Shown here: in pieces, positions 18,618-28,040 of the stretch
Position numbering within the stretch: the first letter of the stretch is position 1
How the letters are laid out: each line of letters begins with the position of its first letter
Source of the DNA: a virus
Lineage: Duplodnaviria > Caudoviricetes
Length of the DNA: 33,689 nt
IMG/VR virus record: IMGVR_UViG_3300049202_000053
Location: 1 to 33,689 of that record
Strand: one strand, 5' to 3'
The notes under the pieces: generated by a model
What the model was told of the DNA's origin: nothing
Seen by the model: the letters and a program-made list of their open reading frames with translations, nothing else
The model's database searches: none
Position numbers and translations under genes: made by a program

Positions 18618-19067
18618 ATGCGCATTTCTGGAAAGAATTTCACCACGACTATGGGTGATATCAAGGTAACAGTTGACACAGCAACTCTGGCAATCACCGA
18701 CAACAGCGGAGTAAGCCAAAGCGGAGGCGTGCCAGATGGTTGGGTGGATGGCGACGTTGCGGCCAGTGGTGAACTGAACGTCAACGCCAGCAATTTTGCG
18801 CTGATCTCAGACGCTGCAAAGTCGGCAGGTGCATGGCGGGCTATGGAAACGTTCGACATCATGTTTTACGCAAAAACAGCCAAAGACGAAATAAAAGTGG
18901 AAGCCTTCGGTTGCCGAATTAAGTTGTCGGACATTTTGGATCTCGACTCAAAAGGCGGCCAAGCCAGCCTGTTCAAAATCCCGTTTGATGTCACAAGCCC
19001 GGACTTTGTGCATATCAATGGTGTGCCATACCTGCGGCCTGAAGAAATCGAAAACATTAAGCAGTAA
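18618..19067 (+). CDS. Tail tube protein (DUF2597-like)
   Basis: RISGKNF, GVPDGWVDGDVAASGE, VTSPDFVHINGVPYL. Confidence 0.9.
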   Translation: MRISGKNFTTTMGDIKVTVDTATLAITDNSGVSQSGGVPDGWVDGDVAASGELNVNASNFALISDAAKSAGAWRAMETFDIMFYAKTAKDEIKVEAFGCRIKLSDILDLDSKGGQASLFKIPFDVTSPDFVHINGVPYLRPEEIENIKQ

Positions 19068-19075
19068 AGCTGCAG

Positions 19076-19204
19076 CACAGTCATTCGTGACTGTGCCAGC
19101 TGTGACAGTCCGGATTAAAAAATCCGTGACTGCTACAGGACAAGCAAGCGTGACCGAGCTGGCCGCAAAAGTGACCAGCCGGCACTTAAAAAGTGTGACA
19201 ACAA
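19076..19204 (+). repeat. One perfect-arm palindrome plus a GTGAC direct-repeat array
   Basis: CACAGTC-attcgt-GACTGTG at 19076-19095; GTGAC at 19102, 19126, 19150, 19171 and 19195. Confidence 0.85.
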
Positions 19205-19215
19205 GGCAGTAAGTA

Positions 19216-19764
19216 ATGACAACAGTAAATTTTGGCTTCATTTCGGAATTAGAAGGCGGCCCAGCATTAAAGGGCTATGTGCCTGATCCGAAAAATTCAA
19301 ACTCAGGCGTAACAATCGCCACTGGGTTTGATATTGGCCAACGTTCACTGAACGAGCTTTACAGCCTGTTCACACCAGAGTTAGCCAAAAAGTTAGCGCC
19401 TTACTACGGCCTGAAAAAGCAAAAGGCCGTGGCAGAGCTGCAAAAAACACCACTGCGGATCACCGCTGAACAAGCTGCAGAAATTGACCAAGTGGTAAAA
19501 GGCCAGCTGCTGAATCAACTGGAACAGCGCTACAACAGCGCAGCACATACGAACTTTGCTGATCTGCCCGAGTGCATGCAAACCGTTATCGCATCAGTGG
19601 CCTTTCAGTACGGCGACCTAAGCAAAAAGTGCCCTAAATTCTGGCAGGCCGCTACCAGTGCAGACAGCGAAGCAATGGCAAACGAACTGAATCACTTTGG
19701 TGATCGTTACCCAACGCGCCGCCGCCGTGAAGCCGCTTATTTAATCAAAGGTGAAGCCGTATGA
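19216..19764 (+). CDS. Endolysin, pesticin C-terminal-like muramidase
   Basis: FISELEGG..GYVP..SGVTIATGFDIGQ, QTVIASVAFQYG, RRRREA. Confidence 0.88.
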   Translation: MTTVNFGFISELEGGPALKGYVPDPKNSNSGVTIATGFDIGQRSLNELYSLFTPELAKKLAPYYGLKKQKAVAELQKTPLRITAEQAAEIDQVVKGQLLNQLEQRYNSAAHTNFADLPECMQTVIASVAFQYGDLSKKCPKFWQAATSADSEAMANELNHFGDRYPTRRRREAAYLIKGEAV

Positions 19765-20315
19765 ACTGGAAAGACATTGCAAACACAGTAGGCGGCATAG
19801 CTGGCGCAGTAGCCCCGTTATTAACTGGCCCTGTCGGTTTAGCGGTCAGCATTGGCAGCCAAATAGCTGGCGCACTGGGCACCGAAAACACACCTGAAGC
19901 CGTAGCCGCAGCACTTAAAAACGACCCAGCCGCAGCATCACAGCTGCAGAAGTGGGCCCACGAAGAGCGGGAGCAAATTCGCCAGGCAAACATTCAGCTC
20001 CAAACGCTGGCTGTGGAAGAACACAAGGCGATTCTGGCAGACCGCCAACACGCCAGAGTGCAGCACAAAGACCACTGGATGCCAGCAGTGCTTACCCTGA
20101 TTTTAGTGGCCATGTTTGCCGCTCAATTGGCTGTACTGTTTTTCGTGGATATCCCAACCGGCAACCGTGATTTGCTGGTGTACCTGTCGGGCAACTTCCT
20201 GCCATTTATCGCCGCCGCCGTCGGGTACTGGGTCAGCTCAACCAAAGACGCCAACGACAGAGAAAAATTACTAAACGGCACAGGCCAACAACAGGGGCAG
20301 CAGCCATGGAAGTAA
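19761..20315 (+). CDS. Holin-like membrane protein
   Basis: Follows the lysin; N-terminal Gly-rich hydrophobic segment, two C-terminal TMs, GYWVSS motif. Confidence 0.6.
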   Translation: MNWKDIANTVGGIAGAVAPLLTGPVGLAVSIGSQIAGALGTENTPEAVAAALKNDPAAASQLQKWAHEEREQIRQANIQLQTLAVEEHKAILADRQHARVQHKDHWMPAVLTLILVAMFAAQLAVLFFVDIPTGNRDLLVYLSGNFLPFIAAAVGYWVSSTKDANDREKLLNGTGQQQGQQPWK

Positions 20316-20569
20316 GCAACTGGATGTTAGTCGGGATCGGATTTTTAACGCTGGTTTTGATAATCGTTGTGCCTGTGGTTGGAAGCTTATACAGGGCGCA
20401 AAAGGCGACAGATAAAGACTTAAGCAAGCACCAAATTCACGTTGCAGAAACCTATGCAACCAAGCACGACATACGAGAGCTGGGCGAACGTATGGAGCGC
20501 CAAATGAAAGACGGATTTGAAAACCTAAAAGAACTTTTAACCAACAGAAAAAATAAGGACGCAGCATGA
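20306..20569 (+). CDS. Single-TM coiled-coil lysis-cassette protein
   Basis: N-terminal TM, then HVAETYATK and a charged helix. Confidence 0.65.
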   Translation: MEVSNWMLVGIGFLTLVLIIVVPVVGSLYRAQKATDKDLSKHQIHVAETYATKHDIRELGERMERQMKDGFENLKELLTNRKNKDAA

Positions 20570-20832
20570 AACAACTAATCACCTTAGCCATCGGCACCAC
20601 TGAATTTGCTTTCAACGTCACAGCGCAGGACCACAACGACTTTGTGGATGCAGCCGCGCGCGGCGGTTCAATGACAGCAGCAGCGCGAAACTTTGTGGTT
20701 CGGGTAATCGACCCAGCTCAAAAAGAAGACTTTAAAAAGCTGTTAGACAGTTCACCAGGCGCAGAACTGCAAATTGCTGGAGCCCTGAAAGAAGAGTTTT
20801 CGCCAGTACTGGAAATCACTGTAAAAAAATAA
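20566..20832 (+). CDS. Tail assembly chaperone
   Basis: Precedes the tape measure gene; ends GTA AAA AAA TAA (slippery). Confidence 0.85.
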   Translation: MKQLITLAIGTTEFAFNVTAQDHNDFVDAAARGGSMTAAARNFVVRVIDPAQKEDFKKLLDSSPGAELQIAGALKEEFSPVLEITVKK

Positions 20833-21020
20833 ATGGGCTGATCGAGTCTATCGACTCGAATCAGCTTGAGCAGATGTTCATTTTGCGGCGGCACTTGCTG
20901 CCGCATGAAGACGACAGCGAACAAAGTTTAGCAAGGGCGGCGTGGTTGAATAAACGCAGCAAAGAAGACTTAGAAGCCATAGTCACCAACGCAGTATGTA
21001 AAGCCTTTGGTGGTCGATAG
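20826..21020 (+). CDS. -1 frameshift extension of the tail assembly chaperone (G-T type)
   Basis: A_AAA_AAA at 20823-20829. The -1 frame reads INGLIESIDSNQLEQMFILRRHLLPHEDDSEQSLARAAWL...AFGGR to TAG at 21018-21020. Confidence 0.8.
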   Translation, partial: KINGLIESIDSNQLEQMFILRRHLLPHEDDSEQSLARAAWLNKRSKEDLEAIVTNAVCKAFGGR

Positions 21021-21058
21021 TTGGCAGGTAAAGCAGGTTAACCAGAAGTAGGGCGCAG

Positions 21059-23011
21059 ATGAGCTTACCAGCACCGCTAATGTTCACAGTGGGTTTGATA
21101 GACCAGATAACGAAGCCGATTGCAAAAATACGCGGCCAGTTAAATGGTTTATCAGCCAACTACCAAGCAGGAACCATGCAAATGGCGTCTGGTATTGGTG
21201 GCGTGGTGGCAAGTGGCTATACACTGCAAAACGCCTTAATGCCAGCCATAGAAATGAGCCGCGCTTTAGGTGAGGTGAAATCGCTGGGGGTGCAGGAAAG
21301 CGCCCTTAAAACTCTGTCGCAGAACTCATACAAGTACGCCTTGCAGTATGGTGAATCGGCCACCGAATTTGTGCGGTCCAGCTACGACATTCAATCTGCC
21401 ATTGCCGGGTTGAGCGACACCGACTTATCACGCTTTACCATGGCGTCGAACGTACTGGCCAAAGGCACCAAGTCAGACGCCGCCACCATCACCAGCTACA
21501 TGGGCACCATGTACGGCATCTTTAAAAATGACGCCATGCAAATGGGAGAAGGTGCGTGGGTAGAACGCTTAACAGGCATGACAGCAACAGCGGTTAGGGA
21601 ATTTAAAACCGACGGTAAAAAGATGGCCGATGCCTTCGGCGCTTTGGGTGCTTCGGCTGGCCTTGCGCCACTGGAAGAGCAAATGGCGATCATGGGCAAG
21701 TTACAAGCCACTATGCAGGGCAGCGAGTCGGCCACCAAATATAAAGCGTTTTTAGCAGGTGTGGGCAAAGCACAAAAGGCACTTAACCTGCAGTTTTCCG
21801 ACGCCAACGGAAACATGCTGCCAATAGTCGACATCCTGAACAAAATTAAAGGCAAATATGGCGACGTGATCAGCGTTGCCGAAAGTGACGCATTATCCAC
21901 GGCTTTTGGCTCACAAGAAGCCGTCAGCCTGGTTAAGTTGCTGATGAACGACATCAACGGCCTGAGCGGTTCGATAAACATGCTAGGTAAGGTCAATGGC
22001 ATGGAACAGGCTGTCAAGATGGCTGAGGCCATGACAGACCCGCTTGAGCGGCTAAATGCCTACTGGTACGTGATCAGGTCGACTTTCGGCACCGCAATAC
22101 TCCCGGTGTTTAATTTATTCGTTAAGAAAATCGCTGAAATGGGAAATGAGGTTCTTTGGTTTACAGAAATGTTCCCAAACATTACGCGCATGCTGGGCTA
22201 CGTCGGAGTGGGTATTCTTTCATTCGTAGCCGTAGGCGGATTGATAACAATCATGATGGGCGCTGCCACAATGGCTATGGCGGTATGGACCACTGTGGCC
22301 ACTATAGCGACAGGAGTATACAAGGGATTAGCCTGGGCCATAAAGCTTCAGAACTGGCTAATAGCACTGCAAAAATTAGCGTGGATTGCAAACACCATAG
22401 CTTTTAAAGCCTACTTTTTAGCGTTAAGAATTGGCACAGCTGCCATGTGGCTGTTCGGTGCAACAAGCAAGGCAGTAACAGCCACGATTTGGCTATTCTC
22501 TGCGGGTTTGTCGTTTCTTCGTGGGGCCATGCTTGCCGTAAACATTGCAATGGCAGCAAACCCGATTGGTCTGATCGTTGTAGGTATCGCAGCAGCAATA
22601 GCAGCAATCGGCGCGCTGATTTACTACTGGGACGACTTAAGAGCCACTATGTCAGAGTGGGGCTGGTTAACTGCTTTGGGCGAAATTTTTAGCTCAATGT
22701 GGAGCGGAATCCAAAAGATGTTCACCGCTGCGCTAAGTTGGATTTTTGACAAACTTAGCTATCTAGGAATAGACATTCAGGCTGAATTCGGCGCTGGAAA
22801 GCTGCCAGATATGGCCGCAATGAATTCAGGCTCAAGCATCAGCAGCATAAGTGCCATTCAGCCAGTAAAAGCCACACCGCCAAGCGGAGGCATCAGCCAG
22901 CAAATAGCCAACGCTAATACCAGCAAATCAACCAGCGTCGGCCAGATCAACATTTACCCGCAAAAAGTGGATGCCGACTTTAGCAACTATGTGGAGATGC
23001 ACGCATCATGA
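21059..23011 (+). CDS. Tail tape measure protein
   Basis: 650 aa, Ala-rich, ALGEVKSLG, SSYDIQSAI, ANPIGL, hydrophobic segments. Confidence 0.93.
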   Translation: MSLPAPLMFTVGLIDQITKPIAKIRGQLNGLSANYQAGTMQMASGIGGVVASGYTLQNALMPAIEMSRALGEVKSLGVQESALKTLSQNSYKYALQYGESATEFVRSSYDIQSAIAGLSDTDLSRFTMASNVLAKGTKSDAATITSYMGTMYGIFKNDAMQMGEGAWVERLTGMTATAVREFKTDGKKMADAFGALGASAGLAPLEEQMAIMGKLQATMQGSESATKYKAFLAGVGKAQKALNLQFSDANGNMLPIVDILNKIKGKYGDVISVAESDALSTAFGSQEAVSLVKLLMNDINGLSGSINMLGKVNGMEQAVKMAEAMTDPLERLNAYWYVIRSTFGTAILPVFNLFVKKIAEMGNEVLWFTEMFPNITRMLGYVGVGILSFVAVGGLITIMMGAATMAMAVWTTVATIATGVYKGLAWAIKLQNWLIALQKLAWIANTIAFKAYFLALRIGTAAMWLFGATSKAVTATIWLFSAGLSFLRGAMLAVNIAMAANPIGLIVVGIAAAIAAIGALIYYWDDLRATMSEWGWLTALGEIFSSMWSGIQKMFTAALSWIFDKLSYLGIDIQAEFGAGKLPDMAAMNSGSSISSISAIQPVKATPPSGGISQQIANANTSKSTSVGQINIYPQKVDADFSNYVEMHAS

Positions 23012-23337
23012 GCCTCTACAGAGATTTGCACATTAGCAATGGCGACGTGGTACTGGATGCCGGCTTAAACCCAGCCTACTTAACCGACAGAGATGCCATA
23101 GCACAGGACATAGTTCACGCCATTTTAGACACAGGCCTTGCCCATTTGCTGGTAAGCGACAGAGGAACAGGCGTAACGGCCGACACCCAAATAAAAATCA
23201 AACTGCTGGTAGAAGATGACGTGCGGATCATGCCAGGCACAGTACGCATTCAAGAAGTAAGCAGCGGCCAGTGGTGGGTATTTGCTGACACCATCGACTT
23301 CGGCCCCATTTCATCCAGCATAGGCGGAGTGCTCTAA
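23008..23337 (+). CDS. Baseplate protein (DUF2590/gpW-like)
   Basis: IAQDIVHAI, VEDDVRIMPGT; synteny. Confidence 0.8.
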   Translation: MSLYRDLHISNGDVVLDAGLNPAYLTDRDAIAQDIVHAILDTGLAHLLVSDRGTGVTADTQIKIKLLVEDDVRIMPGTVRIQEVSSGQWWVFADTIDFGPISSSIGGVL

Positions 23338-24537
23338 ATGGCAGATAAAATCACCGTGCCAACCATCGACTTTGCCAAAATTGTGCAAGCTGCAGGCATA
23401 CCAACCACAGAGCAGGGCTGGAAAGACCTGTTTAAACAAGACGTGGAAGCAGAAGGCAGCATCATTGCCAACGATTCGCCTTATTCACCGTTCTGGCGGC
23501 TAATCACCGCAATAGTGGCAAAGCCAGCGGCTTGGATAGTCAACAACGTGCTGATCAAGGTGATATTGCCAAACCTGTTTTTACTCACAGCAACAGACGA
23601 TCAGTTCATTGAAGCCAAAGCGTGGGAACACGACTTAACGCGCAAAGAAAAAACCAAGGCAGAAGGTAAAGTCAGATTCAACCGCGCTGCAGCAAGTGGA
23701 CCAGGTTTATTAATACCAGCGGGAACCGTGATCCAAACCGATGCGATCAACGGCACCGTGTACCGGGTCATCAGCAAAGAGGATGTAATTTTACCGCTGA
23801 ACAGCTTAAGTGTTTTAGTGCCGGTAATCGCCGAAAACGCAGGGGCAGCCTACAACTTAGGCGCGGGTTACTTTCATGTGCTGCCAGAGGCCGTAACAGG
23901 CATTGGCAGTGTAGCCAACGAGGCAGACTGGTTAGACGTACTGGGCGCTGATGCCGAAAGCAACGACGATTTAAAGCTACGCACCCGTAACGCCTTTACA
24001 GCAAGAGCGCCTTGGCATATCGACGCCGTTTACCGCGCAATCATCACAGAACGGGCAGGCCTAGACACCGATAACGTGTATTTTGAACACGACGCACCAC
24101 GCGGCCCAGGCACAGCGAACGCCTATATTTTGCTGGATACAGGCGAGCCATCCACCGAACTGCTGGAAGACCTGCAGGAATACGTCATGGAAAAAGGCTT
24201 CCATGGCCACGGCGACGACATGGAGATATTAGCCATGCCAGGTATTGATCATGAAGTGGGCGTTATCGTGTACCCGCACACCTATTTGCTGGAAGATGAA
24301 GTCACCGCATTGCTAAGCGATATAGAACAGTTTATACGCTGTGCCTTTCGTGAAAACACCGATTACACAGCCACCCGCACGGAACCATTTGGCCGCTTTA
24401 GCTTTAGCCGTTTAGGCCAAGAGCTGCATGCCCAATTTGCAGGCATTGAGTCACTGAACTGGAGCCAGCCAGACATAACCAGCGGAAACAGCGTGCCGAG
24501 ATTAAGCACGCTTACAGTCGAAAACGGTAACGCGTAA
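23338..24537 (+). CDS. Baseplate J-like protein
   Basis: SPFWRL, GAAYNL, GADAESNDDL, APRGPGTANA, HGHGDD. Confidence 0.92.
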   Translation: MADKITVPTIDFAKIVQAAGIPTTEQGWKDLFKQDVEAEGSIIANDSPYSPFWRLITAIVAKPAAWIVNNVLIKVILPNLFLLTATDDQFIEAKAWEHDLTRKEKTKAEGKVRFNRAAASGPGLLIPAGTVIQTDAINGTVYRVISKEDVILPLNSLSVLVPVIAENAGAAYNLGAGYFHVLPEAVTGIGSVANEADWLDVLGADAESNDDLKLRTRNAFTARAPWHIDAVYRAIITERAGLDTDNVYFEHDAPRGPGTANAYILLDTGEPSTELLEDLQEYVMEKGFHGHGDDMEILAMPGIDHEVGVIVYPHTYLLEDEVTALLSDIEQFIRCAFRENTDYTATRTEPFGRFSFSRLGQELHAQFAGIESLNWSQPDITSGNSVPRLSTLTVENGNA

Positions 24538-25166
24538 TGGTTATTGACTGGAAAGCACTCACCAAAATGCCGTACTGGCTGGCACGCCCAGCCAGCGAGT
24601 TAGACAAGCTGCGCAAAGGCGCAGTGCGGTTTTGGCAGCGCTTTACAGAAATGCTGCAATTCCCAGCCAGCCAGCTCGACCCAATGACAGCGGATCTGGA
24701 AATAGTCCACCTGCTGGCATGGGAGCGAGACATAGAACAAATACCAAACGAGACAGAACTGATTTACCGCACCCGGGTTAAATACGCCTTACCTTTTGCC
24801 AAAGGCGCTGGCAGCAAGTCGGGTTGGCTGGATATGTTTAAAAGGTTGGGCCTGCCTTGGGTCACCATTGACGAACGATTCAGCGAAGTAGATTGGGACG
24901 TTGTAGACCTGATGCTGATGGACAACGACATCAGCCAAAACCAGCCATTGATCAACGCAATATGCAGACAGTACGGCAGAACAACACGCCGTTACCAATA
25001 CAGCACATTGGCCATGATGAATGCCAATACAGCATTTTGCACTTTTGATAACCAAAGCAACTACACAGTGGCAGCAGTGAATTTAAACCTACTACCTGCC
25101 ACCAGATTTATGACGATGGACAGCGACAGCAGCTTTGTCGTTGCCAAAATAACGCAAGGAACTTAA
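24537..25166 (+). CDS. Baseplate/tail protein (gpI-like)
   Basis: QLDPMT...LLAWERDI...YRTRV; synteny. Confidence 0.85.
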   Translation: MVIDWKALTKMPYWLARPASELDKLRKGAVRFWQRFTEMLQFPASQLDPMTADLEIVHLLAWERDIEQIPNETELIYRTRVKYALPFAKGAGSKSGWLDMFKRLGLPWVTIDERFSEVDWDVVDLMLMDNDISQNQPLINAICRQYGRTTRRYQYSTLAMMNANTAFCTFDNQSNYTVAAVNLNLLPATRFMTMDSDSSFVVAKITQGT

Positions 25167-25169
25167 ACC

Positions 25170-28040
25170 ATGGCACAAGTAATCACATTCGCGGGCGAAC
25201 AATTATTCGCAACAAAGGCCCAAAACAACCAGCCTTTAGACATCGACACTTTTATTTTTGCCATGGTGCCAGGGCAAGACCCAAACACGCCAATTAACCG
25301 GGCAGAAACCTTGCCACCTGCTGGCCAGATAGTGCATACGCAAATTGTGCAGCAGTACGGCAAAGTAAATAACAACGTGGTGATCTACTCCACAGTGCTG
25401 GACAGCACCATTGGGCCATTCGAATTTAACTGGGTTGGCCTGAAATCATCAGTCAACAACGTATTAGTAGCCATTCAGCACATCCCAACCACGCCAAAAA
25501 CAATCACAGTGCCAGGTGCTGCAGGTAACACTTTAAACCGCAACTTTGGCATTGAGTACAGCGGCATTGCAGAGCTGGCAGGTATTACTGTAGACGCTGA
25601 AACATGGCAACTGGACTACACAGCCCGCCTGAACGGCATGGACGATTTAACCAGACAACTGGCCGCCGATATGAACGGCAAGGACTGGTTTATCGGCGAA
25701 GGTTTTAAGGTAGAGCCACGCTCCACATTGAATAGCTTCAAAGTAAATGCCGGAGCAGGTTACGTTGGCGGCCTGCGTGTTGAGATGGAAGAAGATCAAA
25801 TTTTAACGTTAAGCTTCTACCCGCGTTTTGTGTATGTAGACGCATGGTTCGAAGGCACCAGTGAAAGCGTTTGGAAAGGCCAGTCGTCAATTAAAGTGAC
25901 GAATACAGAATTGGTAAACTATGTAGATGAAAACGGGAAAAATCACTACGTAACGAAAATAGCATTGATATCAGATGCAGAAGAAGTAAAAGATTTAAGA
26001 AATATCAGCGGCGTTGTCAGAGTATGTGGCTCGGCAAATGAGTTAGAAATATTAAGCGGTGAGTACGAAGGGCAAGCGGTAATATTATCCAGTTTTTACC
26101 ATTCTGAAGGACTTGGCGGTGGTGAATTCAATTTTACAAAAATAAACCCAAATCTATTAAGGGGTGCTGCTTTTTCATGTCCAAATGGCTGGTGGGTTAG
26201 GAAATTCGCTGGCGTTATTACTCCTGAAATGTTTGGCATGAATGGTCAGGTAGAAGATGACTTGGCATACAGCTATATGGTGTCGTACGCAAAAGAAAAA
26301 GGAATGAAGTTAATTGAAACCAATGTGAATCAGAGTGAACAAGCCTCTATTATTAAAAGAAGTAACGTTATTTTCGTCGGAGAAGGCGAGTTCTACGGAA
26401 CAAACAAAGACAGCGGCACATATAGAAGGAACGTAATACCTAAAAACGCGCTTCCGGCTATATCTTATCCCGACAAAAACATGAATTTCATGTGCAATAA
26501 ATTTTCAGCGCCATTAAAGATTGTAATAGCGGGTGACAGTCTGACGACATACGGAGCGGAAACCCTGACTTGTCAGGACGGTTTTACAGAAATGTTTGCT
26601 ATGAAAATCAGAGCAGACAACCCAGATCTTGAGTTTGATATAGTCAGCCGGGGCGTAGGGGCGCAAAAGGCAGAAAACTTAGACACGTTACCCAACGTTA
26701 GCTATCCAATTGCAGATAGATACCCATGGTACACAAACCCAGCAAGAGCCTGGCTTGATTACGTTTTTGATGAAAACCCCGACTATGTAGTGCTTTCATT
26801 TGGCATGAATGATCAATATTCATTTGACAGAGCTGCTTTTGAAAGTGTGGTTCAAAAAATAAAAAACTATGGTGCGCAAGTAATCATTGCTACGAACTTG
26901 GTGCCAAATTTAAGCCCAAACAGCGACTATGAAAGTTACGGCACATTCGATAGTCAGGAAGGCAGAGACTATGCAGCAGGATGGTTAAGAACCTATGCAA
27001 TGTACAATGGGTACCCACTGATTGATCTGAATAGAACATTTAATATCGTCAGAGACGGAAGGGACATTTTAAATACATATTTTGTGGAGCAGGAAGAAAT
27101 AATATATGCGGAGCCGTCCGTTTTTCTGCCAACAGTGGACCAGCAATGCAGGGACTTTTTTATAATTGGGATGGTTACTCCTGAAGCGTGGGCGTATGAA
27201 TACCCAATGTCAGTGAAGCTATCATCAGGCCTAAACAGTGTTGTTTTTATTGACGATGATAACGGGTTTGTAAGGTTCAAATTCTATAAAGGGGGTGATA
27301 GCGCCCTGTATGACACAGTGACAAGTGAAATACCAACCCCATCTGTTACTTCTAAAGTAGAAATAACGGTAAAAAATAACAACTTTAGCTTTAGAGTTTT
27401 GCCGGGAACAGCAGGGTATCAGGCGGGTGTGAAACCATTTACAAGAAAGATAATAAGATACGGAGGGCTATTCAGACCATACGTGCACTATTTTAGTAGC
27501 GGTAATGATGATATCGGCCCTTTGCTAAGCGTTAAATTCGGTGTGGGTAAAGAAGTTAAGCATTTACCGTCAGGTTTAGATAGCGAGATATGGGGAATTA
27601 AAGAGTTTGGGGCAAGTACCGCCGCAGAGACTGGCGGTAACGGAGTAAACCACCCTTCATCATTGGGTGCCGCGCTAGTTTATGGAGTGCATTTTTCAGG
27701 ACAAAACTACAAGTTAGAAAAAGGCGTTGAGATAGTAGAAAATATCAACGGCCTGTGCAGCAGATATTTTGATGGAAGACAGGTTTGTGAAGTAACAAAA
27801 GCCGCAGAAAGTGCCCCAACCATACCCTCTGGGGCAGTTTTTACCAATACCGCTACAGCGTGGGATTTTCCATTGCCATTTTTAGATCCACCTTATGTGT
27901 ATGGCAAAGTAAATAATTTAACGCAATGGCTGGGGTATAGCACCGGCAGCTTTGTTAGCCAAGGATTTACAGTATTCGACACATTAAGTGATTCAGCTAT
28001 ACCTACGGTTAAGTTGAAAGCGGAGGGGCGTTGGAGATGA
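25170..28040 (+). CDS. Tail fibre/spike with SGNH (GDSL) hydrolase domain
   Basis: Conserved N-terminal baseplate anchor (GPFEFNWVGL, TWQLDYTARL); SGNH blocks IAGDSLT, SRGVG, FGMND, GVNHPS. Confidence 0.88.
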   Translation: MAQVITFAGEQLFATKAQNNQPLDIDTFIFAMVPGQDPNTPINRAETLPPAGQIVHTQIVQQYGKVNNNVVIYSTVLDSTIGPFEFNWVGLKSSVNNVLVAIQHIPTTPKTITVPGAAGNTLNRNFGIEYSGIAELAGITVDAETWQLDYTARLNGMDDLTRQLAADMNGKDWFIGEGFKVEPRSTLNSFKVNAGAGYVGGLRVEMEEDQILTLSFYPRFVYVDAWFEGTSESVWKGQSSIKVTNTELVNYVDENGKNHYVTKIALISDAEEVKDLRNISGVVRVCGSANELEILSGEYEGQAVILSSFYHSEGLGGGEFNFTKINPNLLRGAAFSCPNGWWVRKFAGVITPEMFGMNGQVEDDLAYSYMVSYAKEKGMKLIETNVNQSEQASIIKRSNVIFVGEGEFYGTNKDSGTYRRNVIPKNALPAISYPDKNMNFMCNKFSAPLKIVIAGDSLTTYGAETLTCQDGFTEMFAMKIRADNPDLEFDIVSRGVGAQKAENLDTLPNVSYPIADRYPWYTNPARAWLDYVFDENPDYVVLSFGMNDQYSFDRAAFESVVQKIKNYGAQVIIATNLVPNLSPNSDYESYGTFDSQEGRDYAAGWLRTYAMYNGYPLIDLNRTFNIVRDGRDILNTYFVEQEEIIYAEPSVFLPTVDQQCRDFFIIGMVTPEAWAYEYPMSVKLSSGLNSVVFIDDDNGFVRFKFYKGGDSALYDTVTSEIPTPSVTSKVEITVKNNNFSFRVLPGTAGYQAGVKPFTRKIIRYGGLFRPYVHYFSSGNDDIGPLLSVKFGVGKEVKHLPSGLDSEIWGIKEFGASTAAETGGNGVNHPSSLGAALVYGVHFSGQNYKLEKGVEIVENINGLCSRYFDGRQVCEVTKAAESAPTIPSGAVFTNTATAWDFPLPFLDPPYVYGKVNNLTQWLGYSTGSFVSQGFTVFDTLSDSAIPTVKLKAEGRWR

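Noticed and set aside
19087-19204. Canonical matS or CRP sites
   Set aside because: Only GTGAC/TGTGA half-sites in direct orientation; no GTGAC-N3-GTCAC or TGTGA-N6-TCACA in the arrays.
18985-19212. ORFs with repeated VT dipeptides (also 30052..30312 on -)
   Set aside because: They are translations of the GTGAC arrays and overlap real genes or non-coding repeats.
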